From positions 480,001-544,000 of the forward strand of contig CAWDVE010000016.1 in the NCBI GenBank assembly GCA_963805625.1: a stretch of DNA of 64,000 nt, read 5' to 3'. This DNA comes from an uncultured Candidatus Rokubacteria bacterium (GTDB lineage Bacteria > Methylomirabilota > Methylomirabilia > Rokubacteriales > DASRDR01). Of the stretch, positions 20,191 through 30,169 are shown one piece after another. The position numbers were made by a program, and so were the translations under genes. How positions within the stretch are numbered: position 1 is the stretch's first letter; each line of letters starts with the position of its first letter. The notes below the pieces were generated by a model. The model saw nothing but the letters and a program-made list of their open reading frames with translations, searched no databases and was not told where the DNA came from.

Positions 20191-20982
20191 CTAGACGAGC
20201 CCCGCGTAGGATCCGCCGTCGACGAGCACGCTCTCCCCGGTGATGAACCGGGCCTGCTGGGAGCAGAGGAACGCGACGACGGCTCCGAAGTCTCCGGGGT
20301 CACCGATGGTTCGCATGGGATTGCCGGCGCGGTGGGCGTCCATGGCGGCCTCGAAGCTGATCCCCTCGCTCGCCGCGCGGCTCCGCGCGGTCTGCTCGAC
20401 CCGATCCGTCGCGTGAGAGCCGGGCAGGACGGCGTTGAGGGTCACGCCGGTCTGGGCGATCTCCCGCGCCACCGTCTTCATGAACCCCGTCAGCCCCGCC
20501 CGGGCGGTGTTGGAGAGGAGGATGTGGGGGATCGGCTGCTTCACCGAAACCGAGGTGATGTAGACGATCCGGCCCCACTTCTTCTTGACCATGGCCGGCA
20601 CCGCCGCGTAGGTGAGTCGGATCGAGCTCATCATGGAGAGCTCGACCGCCGGGATGAACTGATCGAGCTTCGTGCTGGCGAAGGTCCCCGCCGGCGGCCC
20701 GCCGGCGTTGCCGACGACGATGTCGGGATCGCCGAGTCGTGCGCATACCCCTGCCATCAGGGCGTCGATGTCCTCGGCCTTCGTCATGTCGGCCACGAAC
20801 GGCACCACCTCGTGGCCTGACCGGGCCGCGATCTCGCGGGCCACCCGCTCCACGTCCGCGCGCGTCCGCGCGCAGATGGCCACGCGGCAGCCTTCGGCCG
20901 AGAGCGCCTCCGCGGAGCCGCGACCGAGTCCTTTCGACGCAGCGGTGACGAGCGCAATCCTTCCCTTGATCCCGAGATCCAT
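20191..20982 (-). CDS. SDR family oxidoreductase (FabG-like subgroup)
   Basis: VTAASKGLG, NAGGPP, SNTARAG, ITGESVLVDGG. Confidence 0.9.
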   Translation of the reverse strand: MDLGIKGRIALVTAASKGLGRGSAEALSAEGCRVAICARTRADVERVAREIAARSGHEVVPFVADMTKAEDIDALMAGVCARLGDPDIVVGNAGGPPAGTFASTKLDQFIPAVELSMMSSIRLTYAAVPAMVKKKWGRIVYITSVSVKQPIPHILLSNTARAGLTGFMKTVAREIAQTGVTLNAVLPGSHATDRVEQTARSRAASEGISFEAAMDAHRAGNPMRTIGDPGDFGAVVAFLCSQQARFITGESVLVDGGSYAGLV

Positions 20983-21012
20983 CGATCGGTCCTCCGTGAC
21001 GGGGTGCGAGGC

Positions 21013-21708
21013 TCAGACGGGCCAGGCCTCCCGAGTCCAGGACATCTCCCAGAACAGGTACTCGTAACGGCTCGAGGTGAGAAAGGCCTCCTCCATCCGC
21101 CCGAGGGTGGTGTCGTCGGCCCCGGCGGCCAGACGGTCCACCAGTTCCCGGCACCATTCGGCCAGCGCCGCGAACTCGGGATCGGCGTACATCCGGATCC
21201 ACTTCGCGTAGCGCGGCTCGGCCGGCAGGCCCCGCGCGGCGAGGGCCTGCCCGATCTCCGCGAAGCCCCACATGCACGGCAGGAGCGCCGCAGCCAGCTC
21301 GGCGAAGTCCCCGGTGGCCGCGACCCGCACCAGGAAGTCGGTGTACGCGCGGGTGGTCGGCGCCATGGGCTCACGCTCGAGCGCGGCGGGCGCGATGCCG
21401 AGCTCTGCGGCGTAGGCGCGGTGAAGGTCCATCTCGGTCCGGGCCGTGGTCTGGAGGAGGTCGGCGAAGCGCACGAGAGTGTCGAGATCCGGTGCCCGCG
21501 CTGCCGCGAGCCCGAACAGACGACAGTACTCTACGAGGAACCGGTAATCTTGCCGCACCCAGTGGCGGAAACGCTCGAGATCAAGTGACCCGTCCCCGAT
21601 GCCTCGGACGAAGGGGTGCTCCTGCTGGGCGCGCCACACCAGGTCCGCCAGGCGGCGAAGGCGAGCCGAGAAGGGCTCGCGGTCGGGATCGCGCGTCGCC
21701 CCGGTCAC
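21013..21708 (-). CDS. tenA: Thiaminase II / aminopyrimidine aminohydrolase TenA
   Basis: HPFVRGIGDGSL, QDY.FL, PTTRAYTDFL, LLPCMWGF (catalytic Cys), SSRYEYLFWEM. Confidence 0.9.
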   Translation of the reverse strand: MTGATRDPDREPFSARLRRLADLVWRAQQEHPFVRGIGDGSLDLERFRHWVRQDYRFLVEYCRLFGLAAARAPDLDTLVRFADLLQTTARTEMDLHRAYAAELGIAPAALEREPMAPTTRAYTDFLVRVAATGDFAELAAALLPCMWGFAEIGQALAARGLPAEPRYAKWIRMYADPEFAALAEWCRELVDRLAAGADDTTLGRMEEAFLTSSRYEYLFWEMSWTREAWPV

Positions 21709-21724
21709 GGTGCCAGGGTCGGGC

Positions 21725-22372
21725 TCAGGACGAGGGCGGATCCGTGTCCGGCCGCCCGGTGCCCGTCCATTCCGTCACGAGCCCGTGCGCTATGCCGATC
21801 CGGTCGAGCACGCGGCCCACCGTGTGGTCGACCAGGTCGCGGATCGTCTTGGGGCGGTGGTAGAAGGCCGGGACCGGCGGCAGGACGACGGCACCCATCT
21901 CCGCGAGGGCCAGCATCTGACGCAGGTGGCCCACGTGCAGCGGGGTCTCGCGCACCACGACGACGAGCGGCCGACCCTCCTTGAGGGTGACGTCGCCGGC
22001 ACGCGCGATCAGGGTGTCGGCGTGGGAATTGGCGAGGGCAGAGAGCGTCTTGATGCTGCACGGCGCGACCACCATGCCGGCCGTCCGGAATGAGCCGCTG
22101 GCCAGGGCCGCTCCGATGTCCCGGTCGTCGTAGACCCGTGTGGCCAGCGCCTCGACGTCACGCACGGTGTAGTCTGTCTCATCCACGAGCGTGCGCTTGG
22201 CGGCCCGGCTGACGACCAGGTGGGTCTCCAGCTCCGGAACGTCCTGCAGCACCTCGAGGAGCCGGATCCCGTAGATCGACCCGCTCGCTCCTGAGATGGC
22301 GACGACGAGGCGCACCGGGGCACGCCGCTCGGCCCCGCTGACCGGAACATTGCGGCGAGTCGGGGGGCTCAT
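21725..22372 (-). CDS. ubiX: UbiX family flavin prenyltransferase
   Basis: ISGASGSIYG, ASGSF, APCSIKTL, RAGDVTLKEGR, RETPL, PPVPAFY; start may instead be GTG 22315. Confidence 0.92.
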   Translation of the reverse strand: MSPPTRRNVPVSGAERRAPVRLVVAISGASGSIYGIRLLEVLQDVPELETHLVVSRAAKRTLVDETDYTVRDVEALATRVYDDRDIGAALASGSFRTAGMVVAPCSIKTLSALANSHADTLIARAGDVTLKEGRPLVVVVRETPLHVGHLRQMLALAEMGAVVLPPVPAFYHRPKTIRDLVDHTVGRVLDRIGIAHGLVTEWTGTGRPDTDPPSS

Positions 22373-22956
22373 GCCGCTCGGTGACCGTGCCGCGGCGTTC
22401 CGCCGTCCGGCGCATGGCCCCGCAGCTCCGCGTAGCGGGCGATCTGCGCGGGGTCGAGCACGGCGCGGGTCTCGAGGTGGGCCCGGAGGTGGACGGTCCG
22501 GAGCTCGCCGGGGAGCGCCGCAATGCGCTCGACTCGCACCCGGAGACTCGTCGCATCGATCCCGCCATTCTGGAACGCGAGGGCGAGCTCCCGCTCGCTG
22601 TCGAGCACGAGACCTCCCACCCGCCGCGCCTCGCTTCCCATCGTTCGCGCGATCTCCTGCACTCGGGTCACCTGATCGCTCGAGAGCGAAAGCGTTCCGC
22701 CGCCCCACGCGTCGAGCACGTGCCGGGGTCCGGGGTATCCCTGGACCTCCGCGACGCGCGCCTGGCCCATGCCGCGGCCCTCGAGAAGCTCGGCGACCTC
22801 GTTCGCCCCGAGGCCCGGGATGTCGGGACCGGAGGTCTCGTGATCGGGCGCGAGAATGCGGGGAGACGGCGCCGGTCCGCCGGTCTGGGCGCGGCCGGCA
22901 GGCGCCAGGAGGGCGGCGAGAGCCAACAGGCCTCCCGTCATGAGGCTGGTACGCAT
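22369..22956 (-). CDS. Secreted Spy/CpxP-like helical protein
   Basis: Signal peptide; GRGMG.A..AE..GYPGPRHVL; LDPAQ.A.Y..LRGH (LTxxQ-like). Confidence 0.7.
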   Translation of the reverse strand: MRTSLMTGGLLALAALLAPAGRAQTGGPAPSPRILAPDHETSGPDIPGLGANEVAELLEGRGMGQARVAEVQGYPGPRHVLDAWGGGTLSLSSDQVTRVQEIARTMGSEARRVGGLVLDSERELALAFQNGGIDATSLRVRVERIAALPGELRTVHLRAHLETRAVLDPAQIARYAELRGHAPDGGTPRHGHRAA

Positions 22957-23028
22957 CGGCGGGGACCCTCCGGGGCATCGGACCGGGGCGAGCCCGGCCT
23001 TGGGTGGTCGACGAGCGTCCCTAGCCTA

Positions 23029-23547
23029 TCACGGTGGACTGGTCGAGCGTACGATCAGGCCATTGTAGCGCGTGCCCTTCTTGATCCTTGCGGCTCTCGG
23101 AAGCGCGGACGTCCGGTCCGGCGCGCCCGCCGCCGGAAGCATCTCCTGTCGCCCCAGGTCTCGGGGAGCTCGCGGCAGGGTTCTCACGTACTGAATGACG
23201 GCCTCGATCTCCGCGTCACCGAGGACGAAGCCAAAGGACGGCATCCCCGGCTTGCCGAAGGTCGACCCGCCGTGGCGGATCAGCTCGGCAAGATACCGGT
23301 CGGGCAGCGACGCCAAGGTCGGGCTGGCGAGGTCGCCGGGCCGCAGGAAGAGCAGACGCGCCCGCCACGAGTCTCCACGCCCCGCGGCGCCGTGGCAGCT
23401 CGCGCAGTGCGCCTGGAAGAGCGCGCGGCCGGGCTCCGGCCCGCGGGGCGACGGAGGCAGCGGCGCACGAACCAGGGCCACACCGGTGGCCAGAAGTGCC
23501 AGCAGCGCGACCCCGCCGACTCCCCAGGCGAGGGCGCGCCGGCCCAT
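23029..23547 (-). CDS. Membrane-anchored mono-haem c-type cytochrome
   Basis: N-terminal hydrophobic helix, CASCH haem motif, GKPGMPSF axial Met. Confidence 0.82.
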   Translation of the reverse strand: MGRRALAWGVGGVALLALLATGVALVRAPLPPSPRGPEPGRALFQAHCASCHGAAGRGDSWRARLLFLRPGDLASPTLASLPDRYLAELIRHGGSTFGKPGMPSFGFVLGDAEIEAVIQYVRTLPRAPRDLGRQEMLPAAGAPDRTSALPRAARIKKGTRYNGLIVRSTSPP

Positions 23548-24350
23548 CAAGCCGACGTCTCCCGGCCGAGGTCGAGCAGCGTCCGCTGCACTTCCGGATT
23601 GTCCAGCAGCTCCGGCCCGGTCCCGGTCACGAGAATCCGGCCCGCGTCGAGCACGTAGGCGCGATGGGCCACGCGGAGGAGCGTCCGGACGTGCTGGCCC
23701 GCGGCGAGGATCGCGAGGCCCTGGTCGGCGGCGAGCTCCCGAAGCCGCCGGGCAAGGCGGGCCCGGATCGGTGGCGCGAGCCCGAGGAACGGATCGTCTA
23801 GCACGAGGCACCGTGGGCTCGCCATGAGAGCTCGACCGGCTCCGGGACGCGCGTCAGGAGGCTCCGCCACAGGTAACCCAGCGGGATGAGGGCGACGCCC
23901 GCCAGGAGTGCCAGCATCGGGAGCGGCAGGCCCCAGGTTCGCCAGGCCGCGTACGCCACGTAGCCGCCGAGGACAACGAGCTCCCCGTGGGCGAGGTTGA
24001 GCGCGCGTCCGAGCCCGAATCCACGTAGCCGCCGACGAGGCCCACGACGCCGTGGCGAGCGACCAGCTCCTCGGCCGCCGCGATCGCCCGCTCGGCCTTC
24101 CCCTCGTCGTCGCGTTCGAGGAGCCGAAGAGGGCGACCACCCACGCCACCAGCGGCGTTCACGGCGTCGATGGCGATCCGGACCCCTTCGGCGATGGCCA
24201 AACCCTGGGCGGCGAGAATCCCGGTGCGGGAGTCGATCTCCCCGATCAGGATGGGCTCGGCGGCCCCGGCCGCCTGCGCTCCCAGGAGGAGCGGGAGCAT
24301 CGCGAGCAGGACGAAACGGCGGGGAGCCGCGAGACCCCCCGCCGCGGGGT
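23547..24350 (-). pseudogene. Collapsed liv-type ABC operon: SBP N-terminus + internal LivH fragment + LivF C-terminus
   Basis: EPILIGEID..NAAGGVGGR..DDEGK..LVGGYVDS (SBP, ~24020-24300); FGLGRALNLAHGELVVLGGY (LivH, ~23830-24020); RALMASPRCLVLDDPFLGLAP..AYVLDAGRI (LivF, 23547-23830). Each in a different frame and each truncated. Confidence 0.8.
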
Positions 24351-24381
24351 GTGCGAGCGACGGCGCGTACGCGCTCCGCCG

Positions 24382-25479
24382 CTACTCGATCGACTGCTCG
24401 GTCTTCGCGTCGAAGAAGTGCAGGCGCTCGGGGTCCAGCGACAGCCGGACGCGCTCGTGCATGCGGAGGCGTGAGGTCGGCGGGACGCGCGCCACCATCG
24501 GGTTCGTGCCGATCTTGACGTCGATCAGGATCTCGTTGCCGAGAGGCTCGACCACCTCGACGACGGCCTCGACCTGGGAGTCCTTCGGGTCGCCGGGGGC
24601 GCTCTCCCGGATGTCCTCGGGCCTGATCCCGAGCGTGACCGACTGGCCGCGATAGCGCTCGAGCGACGCCCGGTTCGCGGGTGGGACCGCGATGAGGAAC
24701 CCTCCCGGCGCGTCGACGGCCAGGGCTCCATTGGAGCCGGTCACGGTGCAGTCGATGAAGTTCATCGCCGGCGACCCGATGAAGCCGGCCACGAACCGGT
24801 TCCGCGGCTTCGCGTAGATCGTCAGCGGCTCGCCCACCTGCTGGACGAGACCGTCCTTCATGACGACGACGCGGTCGCCGAGGGTCATCGCCTCGACCTG
24901 GTCGTGGGTGACGTAGATCGCGGTCGTCTCGAGACGGTCGTGCAGGCGCTTGAGCTCCACGCGCATCTGGACCCGGAGCTTGGCGTCGAGGTTCGACAGG
25001 GGCTCGTCGAAGAGGAACACCTGCGGGTGGCGGACGATCGCGCGCCCCACCGCGACCCGCTGCCGCTGGCCGCCCGAGAGCTGGCGGGGCTTGCGGTTCA
25101 GCAGCTCCTGGATGCCGAGCATCTGCGCCGCTTCCCGGACGCGCGTGTCGATCTCGGCCTTGGGGAACTTCCGCATCTTCAGCCCGAAGGCCATGTTGTC
25201 GTAGACGGTCATGTGCGGGTAGAGCGCGTAGTTCTGGAACACCATCGCGATGTCGCGATCCTTCGGAGGCAGATCGTTGACCAGCCGATCCCCGATGTAG
25301 ATCTCGCCCGAGCTGATCTCCTCGAGCCCCGCGATCATCCGGAGGGTCGTGGACTTGCCGCACCCGGAGGGTCCGACGAGGACCATGAACTCCTTGTCCT
25401 TGATCTGGAGGTTCACGTCGCGGACCGCGACCACCTCGTCGAACTTCTTGGCGAGATCCTTGAGGGTGACCTGTGCCAT
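24382..25479 (-). CDS. MalK/UgpC-type carbohydrate ABC ATP-binding protein
   Basis: [46 protein letters not shown]-terminal TOBE domain. Confidence 0.96.
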   Translation of the reverse strand: MAQVTLKDLAKKFDEVVAVRDVNLQIKDKEFMVLVGPSGCGKSTTLRMIAGLEEISSGEIYIGDRLVNDLPPKDRDIAMVFQNYALYPHMTVYDNMAFGLKMRKFPKAEIDTRVREAAQMLGIQELLNRKPRQLSGGQRQRVAVGRAIVRHPQVFLFDEPLSNLDAKLRVQMRVELKRLHDRLETTAIYVTHDQVEAMTLGDRVVVMKDGLVQQVGEPLTIYAKPRNRFVAGFIGSPAMNFIDCTVTGSNGALAVDAPGGFLIAVPPANRASLERYRGQSVTLGIRPEDIRESAPGDPKDSQVEAVVEVVEPLGNEILIDVKIGTNPMVARVPPTSRLRMHERVRLSLDPERLHFFDAKTEQSIE

Positions 25480-25957
25480 GCGATGCTCCCTTGGTGTGGG
25501 GTTCCGTGGTTAGGGCGGCCGGGGGGAAGGCCCGACCGTCAACCGCTGCTCTCGCCGGGGCCTTGCCCAGGCACGACGGGCTCCGGCGGCGTGTGACAGC
25601 ATGATTGGGAGTCGTCGTGACGTCAAGAGGGGTCAGAGGGGAGGGTCAGCCCCGGGCCTCTGGCTTCCTGGGCGCCCGCCGGTCGGGATGGATGCCGGCC
25701 ATCACGGGCCTGACCTGCGTGCTGGGGTGTGGCCGTTCGAATGGCCCGGGATCGTTTCCGTCTCCGTGCCCCTCGTGCCCTCCGTGGGCGTGTCCGTCTA
25801 CCTCCTCAGAGTGCGGCCCGGAGTTTCACGAACTGGCTGTTCGACAGGGTTTGCGAAGACTCGATGGGTCGGCGTCCCAGCCCCCGACTCGACAGCGACA
25901 CATTGACGTCGCCAGGCGGGCTAAGCTAGCATCGCCGACACGACCGAGACCGCCAGC

Positions 25958-26890
25958 ATGGTCCCCGTTCCAGCCCGCCCGGCCAGCCGTGTGATTCCAC
26001 GTTCCGGTTTCACCAGGCGACGACGTGAGATCGCCTGGGCCTACGTCCTGATGGCTCCGGCCCTCTTGATGGTCCTCGCCGTGCTCGCCTACCCGGTGGC
26101 CTGGGAGGTCTGGATCGGACTCACCAACTTTTCCAGTCACACCGAAGGGAGACCGGAGTTCGTCGGCCTCCTGAACTACCGCACGATGCTGGCGGATATC
26201 TTCTTCTGGCAGGCCCTCCTGACGACGGTGGTGTACTTCGCGGTCACGACCGCCGCCAAGCTGGCCCTCGGCCTGGCCATGGCCCTCCTGCTCGCTCGCC
26301 CGTCGCGGGGCCGCACGCTCGTCTTCCTCGCCGTGTTTCTCCCTTGGGCGTATCCGGGCGGGGTGACCGTCGTTGCCTGGTACTGGATGCTGAACCCGCC
26401 ACTGATCACCGGCTACAGCGTCTCCGCCGGTAACCTCAAGCACGCCGTCGATACGATCTTGGGGAACGGCGCCTACGCCTTCCTGAGCGTCATGCTGTTC
26501 AACGTATGGCGCGGCGGGTCGTTCACGGCGGTCTTCCTCCTGGCGGGTCTCAATGCGATCCCCACCGAGCTCTTCGAGTACGCCCGGCTGGAGACGGTGA
26601 GCGCGTGGCAGCGATTCCGGCAGGTGACCGTGCCCCTACTCCGTCCGTACCTTGCGCTCGCCGCGTTCCTGTCGTTCACGACAGCGTTCGCCGACCTCGC
26701 CAACGTCTGGATGCTGACCGGAGGTCGTGTCGTCTTCCCGATCATCGGCACCTACGCCTACTGGCTGGGGATTCGGAATGGCCAACTCGCGGAGGCGGCG
26801 GCCTGGTCGCTCTCGCTTGTGCCGCTACTCGCCATCGGGCTCTTCTTCCTCTTTCGGTGGTTCGACCCTCCGCAGGAGAAGCCCGCGTGA
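25958..26890 (+). CDS. Carbohydrate ABC permease
   Basis: FVGLLNY, LLAGLNAIPTELFEYARLE (degenerate EAA loop), six TM segments. Confidence 0.88.
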   Translation: MVPVPARPASRVIPRSGFTRRRREIAWAYVLMAPALLMVLAVLAYPVAWEVWIGLTNFSSHTEGRPEFVGLLNYRTMLADIFFWQALLTTVVYFAVTTAAKLALGLAMALLLARPSRGRTLVFLAVFLPWAYPGGVTVVAWYWMLNPPLITGYSVSAGNLKHAVDTILGNGAYAFLSVMLFNVWRGGSFTAVFLLAGLNAIPTELFEYARLETVSAWQRFRQVTVPLLRPYLALAAFLSFTTAFADLANVWMLTGGRVVFPIIGTYAYWLGIRNGQLAEAAAWSLSLVPLLAIGLFFLFRWFDPPQEKPA

Positions 26891-27747
26891 GGGGCAGGCT
26901 CCGGCGCTGGCGGCACGGCCTCCTCCTCGGCGTGGCGGCCCTGTACAGCCTCTTCCCCATCTACTTCATCACGGTGCAGTCGCTGAAGACGCCAGAGGAG
27001 GACGTTTTCGGCAACCCCCTGTACGTGACCGCCCCCACCTTCGAGAACTACACGGACCTGTTCGAAGAGGGCGAGGCGCGGGTCCGCGGCTACGTGATCG
27101 TGCCGCGGGTACCGTTCCTCATCTGGCTGCTGAACTCCGCCCTCGTGCTGACGGGAGCGGTGTCGGTGACCCTCGTGGTGGGCGTCCTCGCCGCCTACGC
27201 CCTCGGGCGGCTGCAGCCGCCGGGTTGGAGATGGTGGCGCCGCGCGTTGTTCACGACGTACGTGATCCCCCAGACGATCCTCTTCATCCCCCTGTATCAG
27301 GTCATCATCCGGCTCGGGCTCGACGACAACCACCTGGCCCTGATCCTGATCTACTCGACCATGGCCCTGCCGTTCTGCGTCTGGATCCTGTCCGCCTACT
27401 ACCGGAACCTGCCGCGCGAGATCGAGGACTCGGCGCTGGTAGAAGGCGCCACGCCAGCCACCGCCTTCCTGCGCATCATGCTGCCGATGAGCCGGAACGT
27501 ACTGGTCGCCGCCTTCCTCTTCACGTTGGGGACGGTGGGCAACGACTTCATGCTCGCCTCCATCTTCCTTTTGGAGCCCGACAAGCAGACGGTGGCGGCT
27601 GGCCTCGGGGTGATGGACGTGAGCCTTGAGGAACTTCTTGCCGTGGCAGGGGTGAACCTAGCTGCCATCCCCGTGGTGGTCGTCTGCGCGGCCCTCGCGC
27701 GAGGCTACGTGCGAGGCCTCACCGCCGCTATGGTGGAGGGAGCGTAG
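26887..27747 (+). CDS. Carbohydrate ABC permease
   Basis: PTFENY, AAYALGRL, LPREIEDSALVEGA EAA loop; GTG overlaps the upstream TGA. Confidence 0.88.
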   Translation: MRGRLRRWRHGLLLGVAALYSLFPIYFITVQSLKTPEEDVFGNPLYVTAPTFENYTDLFEEGEARVRGYVIVPRVPFLIWLLNSALVLTGAVSVTLVVGVLAAYALGRLQPPGWRWWRRALFTTYVIPQTILFIPLYQVIIRLGLDDNHLALILIYSTMALPFCVWILSAYYRNLPREIEDSALVEGATPATAFLRIMLPMSRNVLVAAFLFTLGTVGNDFMLASIFLLEPDKQTVAAGLGVMDVSLEELLAVAGVNLAAIPVVVVCAALARGYVRGLTAAMVEGA

Positions 27748-27755
27748 CGTCTCGC

Positions 27756-28814
27756 CTACATGTCACCCGGCGTCAAGCGGACGATACGGTGGAGCGACGA
27801 TTCCGCGACGTAGAGACGGCCCTCTTCGTCAAGGGCGATGCCCTCGGGATCCGCGAGGTTGCTGGCCACCGTCGCGACCACCCCTTGCGCCGAGACCCGG
27901 AAGATGCGCGCCACATGAAAGCCGCCGCTGACGAAGATATCACCGTCGGGGGCGGCAACCATGTTGATCCGGTTGTACATCCCCTGGCCGCGGGGTAGGT
28001 GCGCGAGAGAAGCGAGACTTCCGTCGGCGTTGAGGCGCAGCACTTCGCCCGCGGAGCTCAGAAAGGTCAGTTCCCCCGCGTGCGAGGCCGCGACCGCGAT
28101 GAGGCGGGGCAGGAGCCCGCCCCCTTTCTTGCCGCCCCAGGCGCGCGGAAACAGCGGAGGGAGCCGATCGAGGCGCCGGGGCAGGGGGATGTTGGGATCG
28201 AGGGCTATACGAAGGACGAGGGGGCCGCGGTAATCCTCATCCCTAAGCGGCTCGAATTCGGGTGGCGCCCGCTCCTCGCCCGGCGCCGTGACCGGGTCGA
28301 CGTTGTCCACGACGACCAGGCGGCCCGCCGAGTCGAACGCCAGCGTGCTACCGCCGGCGAGCCTGTGAAGCCCCCGAGCGTAGAGGGTCAGCCGCTCTGC
28401 GGAGGACAGGCGATAGATGCGAGTGCCGTTCTCCTCGCCGAGGAACAGCTGACCCGTCGCGGGATCGAGGGTGAGGCTCCCGAGCGTTGCCATCCGAGCA
28501 TCGGCGAAGGGAATCCGCACGCGCGGCTCCCGGGTTAGATCCGCGGGCCGGTCGCCGCTGAGGTCGACTCGATAGATCTCCCCCGCGGAGTCGCCCCGCC
28601 AGCCGGGACTCAGGATGACGAGGGCGCGGCCATCCATGGCGAGCTGGAGCGGTCGCGGCACGCCGGTGGCGACCACCTCCGGGCTGGTCGTGGACCGCGC
28701 CCTGGGAGATGTCGCGGCGAACCCCAGGAGAAGCGTCGCCGCGAACGCCGCCGCAACCCGCCGCGTGGCCGCCCCCTGCTCGCCCGCCCCGTTAGATCGA
28801 CTAGTCGTCCGCAC
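27756..28814 (-). CDS. Secreted NHL/SMP-30-like beta-propeller protein
   Basis: Hydrophobic signal; blades PRPLQLAMDG, LAFDSAGRLVV, DPEGIALDEEGRLYVAES. Confidence 0.72.
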   Translation of the reverse strand: MRTTSRSNGAGEQGAATRRVAAAFAATLLLGFAATSPRARSTTSPEVVATGVPRPLQLAMDGRALVILSPGWRGDSAGEIYRVDLSGDRPADLTREPRVRIPFADARMATLGSLTLDPATGQLFLGEENGTRIYRLSSAERLTLYARGLHRLAGGSTLAFDSAGRLVVVDNVDPVTAPGEERAPPEFEPLRDEDYRGPLVLRIALDPNIPLPRRLDRLPPLFPRAWGGKKGGGLLPRLIAVAASHAGELTFLSSAGEVLRLNADGSLASLAHLPRGQGMYNRINMVAAPDGDIFVSGGFHVARIFRVSAQGVVATVASNLADPEGIALDEEGRLYVAESSLHRIVRLTPGDM

Positions 28815-29259
28815 CGGCCTTTTGCGTCGTGGCGCCGCCCGGCGTGCTGATCAGCAGGAGGAGATACTTCACCGGGGTCTGGCCGTTGTTCATGTAGTTG
28901 TGCCAGACTCCGACGGGATCCGTGTACGACTGGCCCGCGGCGTGGTACTGGATGCCGGCGACGCCTGTCGGTCCGCCATCGGTGTCCGTTGTGAGTACCC
29001 CATCGAGAACGTAGACATACGATGGGACCAGGTGCCGCTGCCGTCCGGTCTGCCCGCCGGGCTCCAACTCTACGATCTGACCGGTCAGGATGATCGGGAT
29101 GTTGGCCGTGCCTCGGAAGCCCCCCAGCGAGGTCACGAGGTTCGTCGCCTTCACGCCTTTCGGCTGGGCCGGTGCTTCCTGCGCCTGGGCCGACGCTGAT
29201 GTCGATCCGATGGCCAGGAGAAGGGCGAAGAGGACGATCACTACGCTTCTGCGTCCCAT
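28801..29259 (-). CDS. Secreted cupin-domain protein
   Basis: Signal peptide; ELEPGGQTGRQRH.VPSYVYVLDG and AGQSY.DP.GVWHN..N cupin motifs; GGAGG RBS before ATG 29259. Confidence 0.82.
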   Translation of the reverse strand: MGRRSVVIVLFALLLAIGSTSASAQAQEAPAQPKGVKATNLVTSLGGFRGTANIPIILTGQIVELEPGGQTGRQRHLVPSYVYVLDGVLTTDTDGGPTGVAGIQYHAAGQSYTDPVGVWHNYMNNGQTPVKYLLLLISTPGGATTQKAGADD

Positions 29260-29296
29260 GGCTGCACCTCCCTGTTCCGCACGTTGTTCGCAGCGT

Positions 29297-30169
29297 TCAC
29301 TTGATCGCCGCTCCGGTAATGCCAGAGATGAACTTGTCGAGAAAGAGGTTGTACACAATGGCCACCGGCACGCCCACGAGCAGTGCACCGGCCATCAGCG
29401 AGCCCCAAAAGAACACATCGCCGCGAATCAACTCTGTCGCTACCCCCAGGGGAACGGGCTTCTGCTCGGAGATCGAGACAAAGGCCAGGGAGTACAGGAA
29501 GTCCTGCATCGAGAGCGTGAAGGAGAAGATCACCGCGGTGGTCAGACCGGGCCAGCTGACGGGCAGCACGACGCGCCACAGCGCACCGAATTGCCCACAG
29601 CCGTCCACCATCGCGGCTTCCTCGATCTCGAATGGAACGGTCTTGAAGAAGCCCATGAGGAGCCACGTGCAGAAGGGGATGGTGAACGTCGGATAGACCA
29701 CGACCAGCGCCCACCACTTGTCCTGGAGGTCCAGCGTGCCCACCACGCGCGCGAGAGGGATGAACAGGATGATGGCGGGAACGAGATACGTTAGGAAGAT
29801 GGCGATGCCCAGGTTCTCGGCGAACCGCAGCCGGAGGCGAGCCAGAGCGTAACCGGCAGGCACGGCGGTGAGGAGCGTAATCGCCGACACCCAGAAGGAG
29901 ATCGACATCGTGTTGATGATCCAGTCCACGTAGGACGTCCGCCGGAAGAGGAACTCGAAGTGCTTCCAGGTCGGCGGCAAATGGAACCAGAACGGCACGA
30001 CGTCCATGCGATACAGGTCGGACTCCTCCTTGAGGGCGGTCACCGCCATCCAGAAGATCGGGAAGACGGCGAGGATCAGGAACGGTGCAAGTCCGAGATA
30101 GATCAGCGTGTGGCGCTGGACCTCCTTGGACCGGTGGTTCCGTGGAACGGCGACTCCGGTGCTCCTCAT
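29297..30169 (-). CDS. Carbohydrate ABC permease
   Basis: AGYALARLR, FFKTVPFEIEEAAMVDG, WGSLMAGAL. Confidence 0.92.
   Translation of the reverse strand: MRSTGVAVPRNHRSKEVQRHTLIYLGLAPFLILAVFPIFWMAVTALKEESDLYRMDVVPFWFHLPPTWKHFEFLFRRTSYVDWIINTMSISFWVSAITLLTAVPAGYALARLRLRFAENLGIAIFLTYLVPAIILFIPLARVVGTLDLQDKWWALVVVYPTFTIPFCTWLLMGFFKTVPFEIEEAAMVDGCGQFGALWRVVLPVSWPGLTTAVIFSFTLSMQDFLYSLAFVSISEQKPVPLGVATELIRGDVFFWGSLMAGALLVGVPVAIVYNLFLDKFISGITGAAIK

Noticed and set aside
21013-22400. TPP riboswitch upstream of tenA
   Set aside because: tenA follows ubiX after only 16 nt; the CTGAGA seen lies inside ubiX on the opposite strand.
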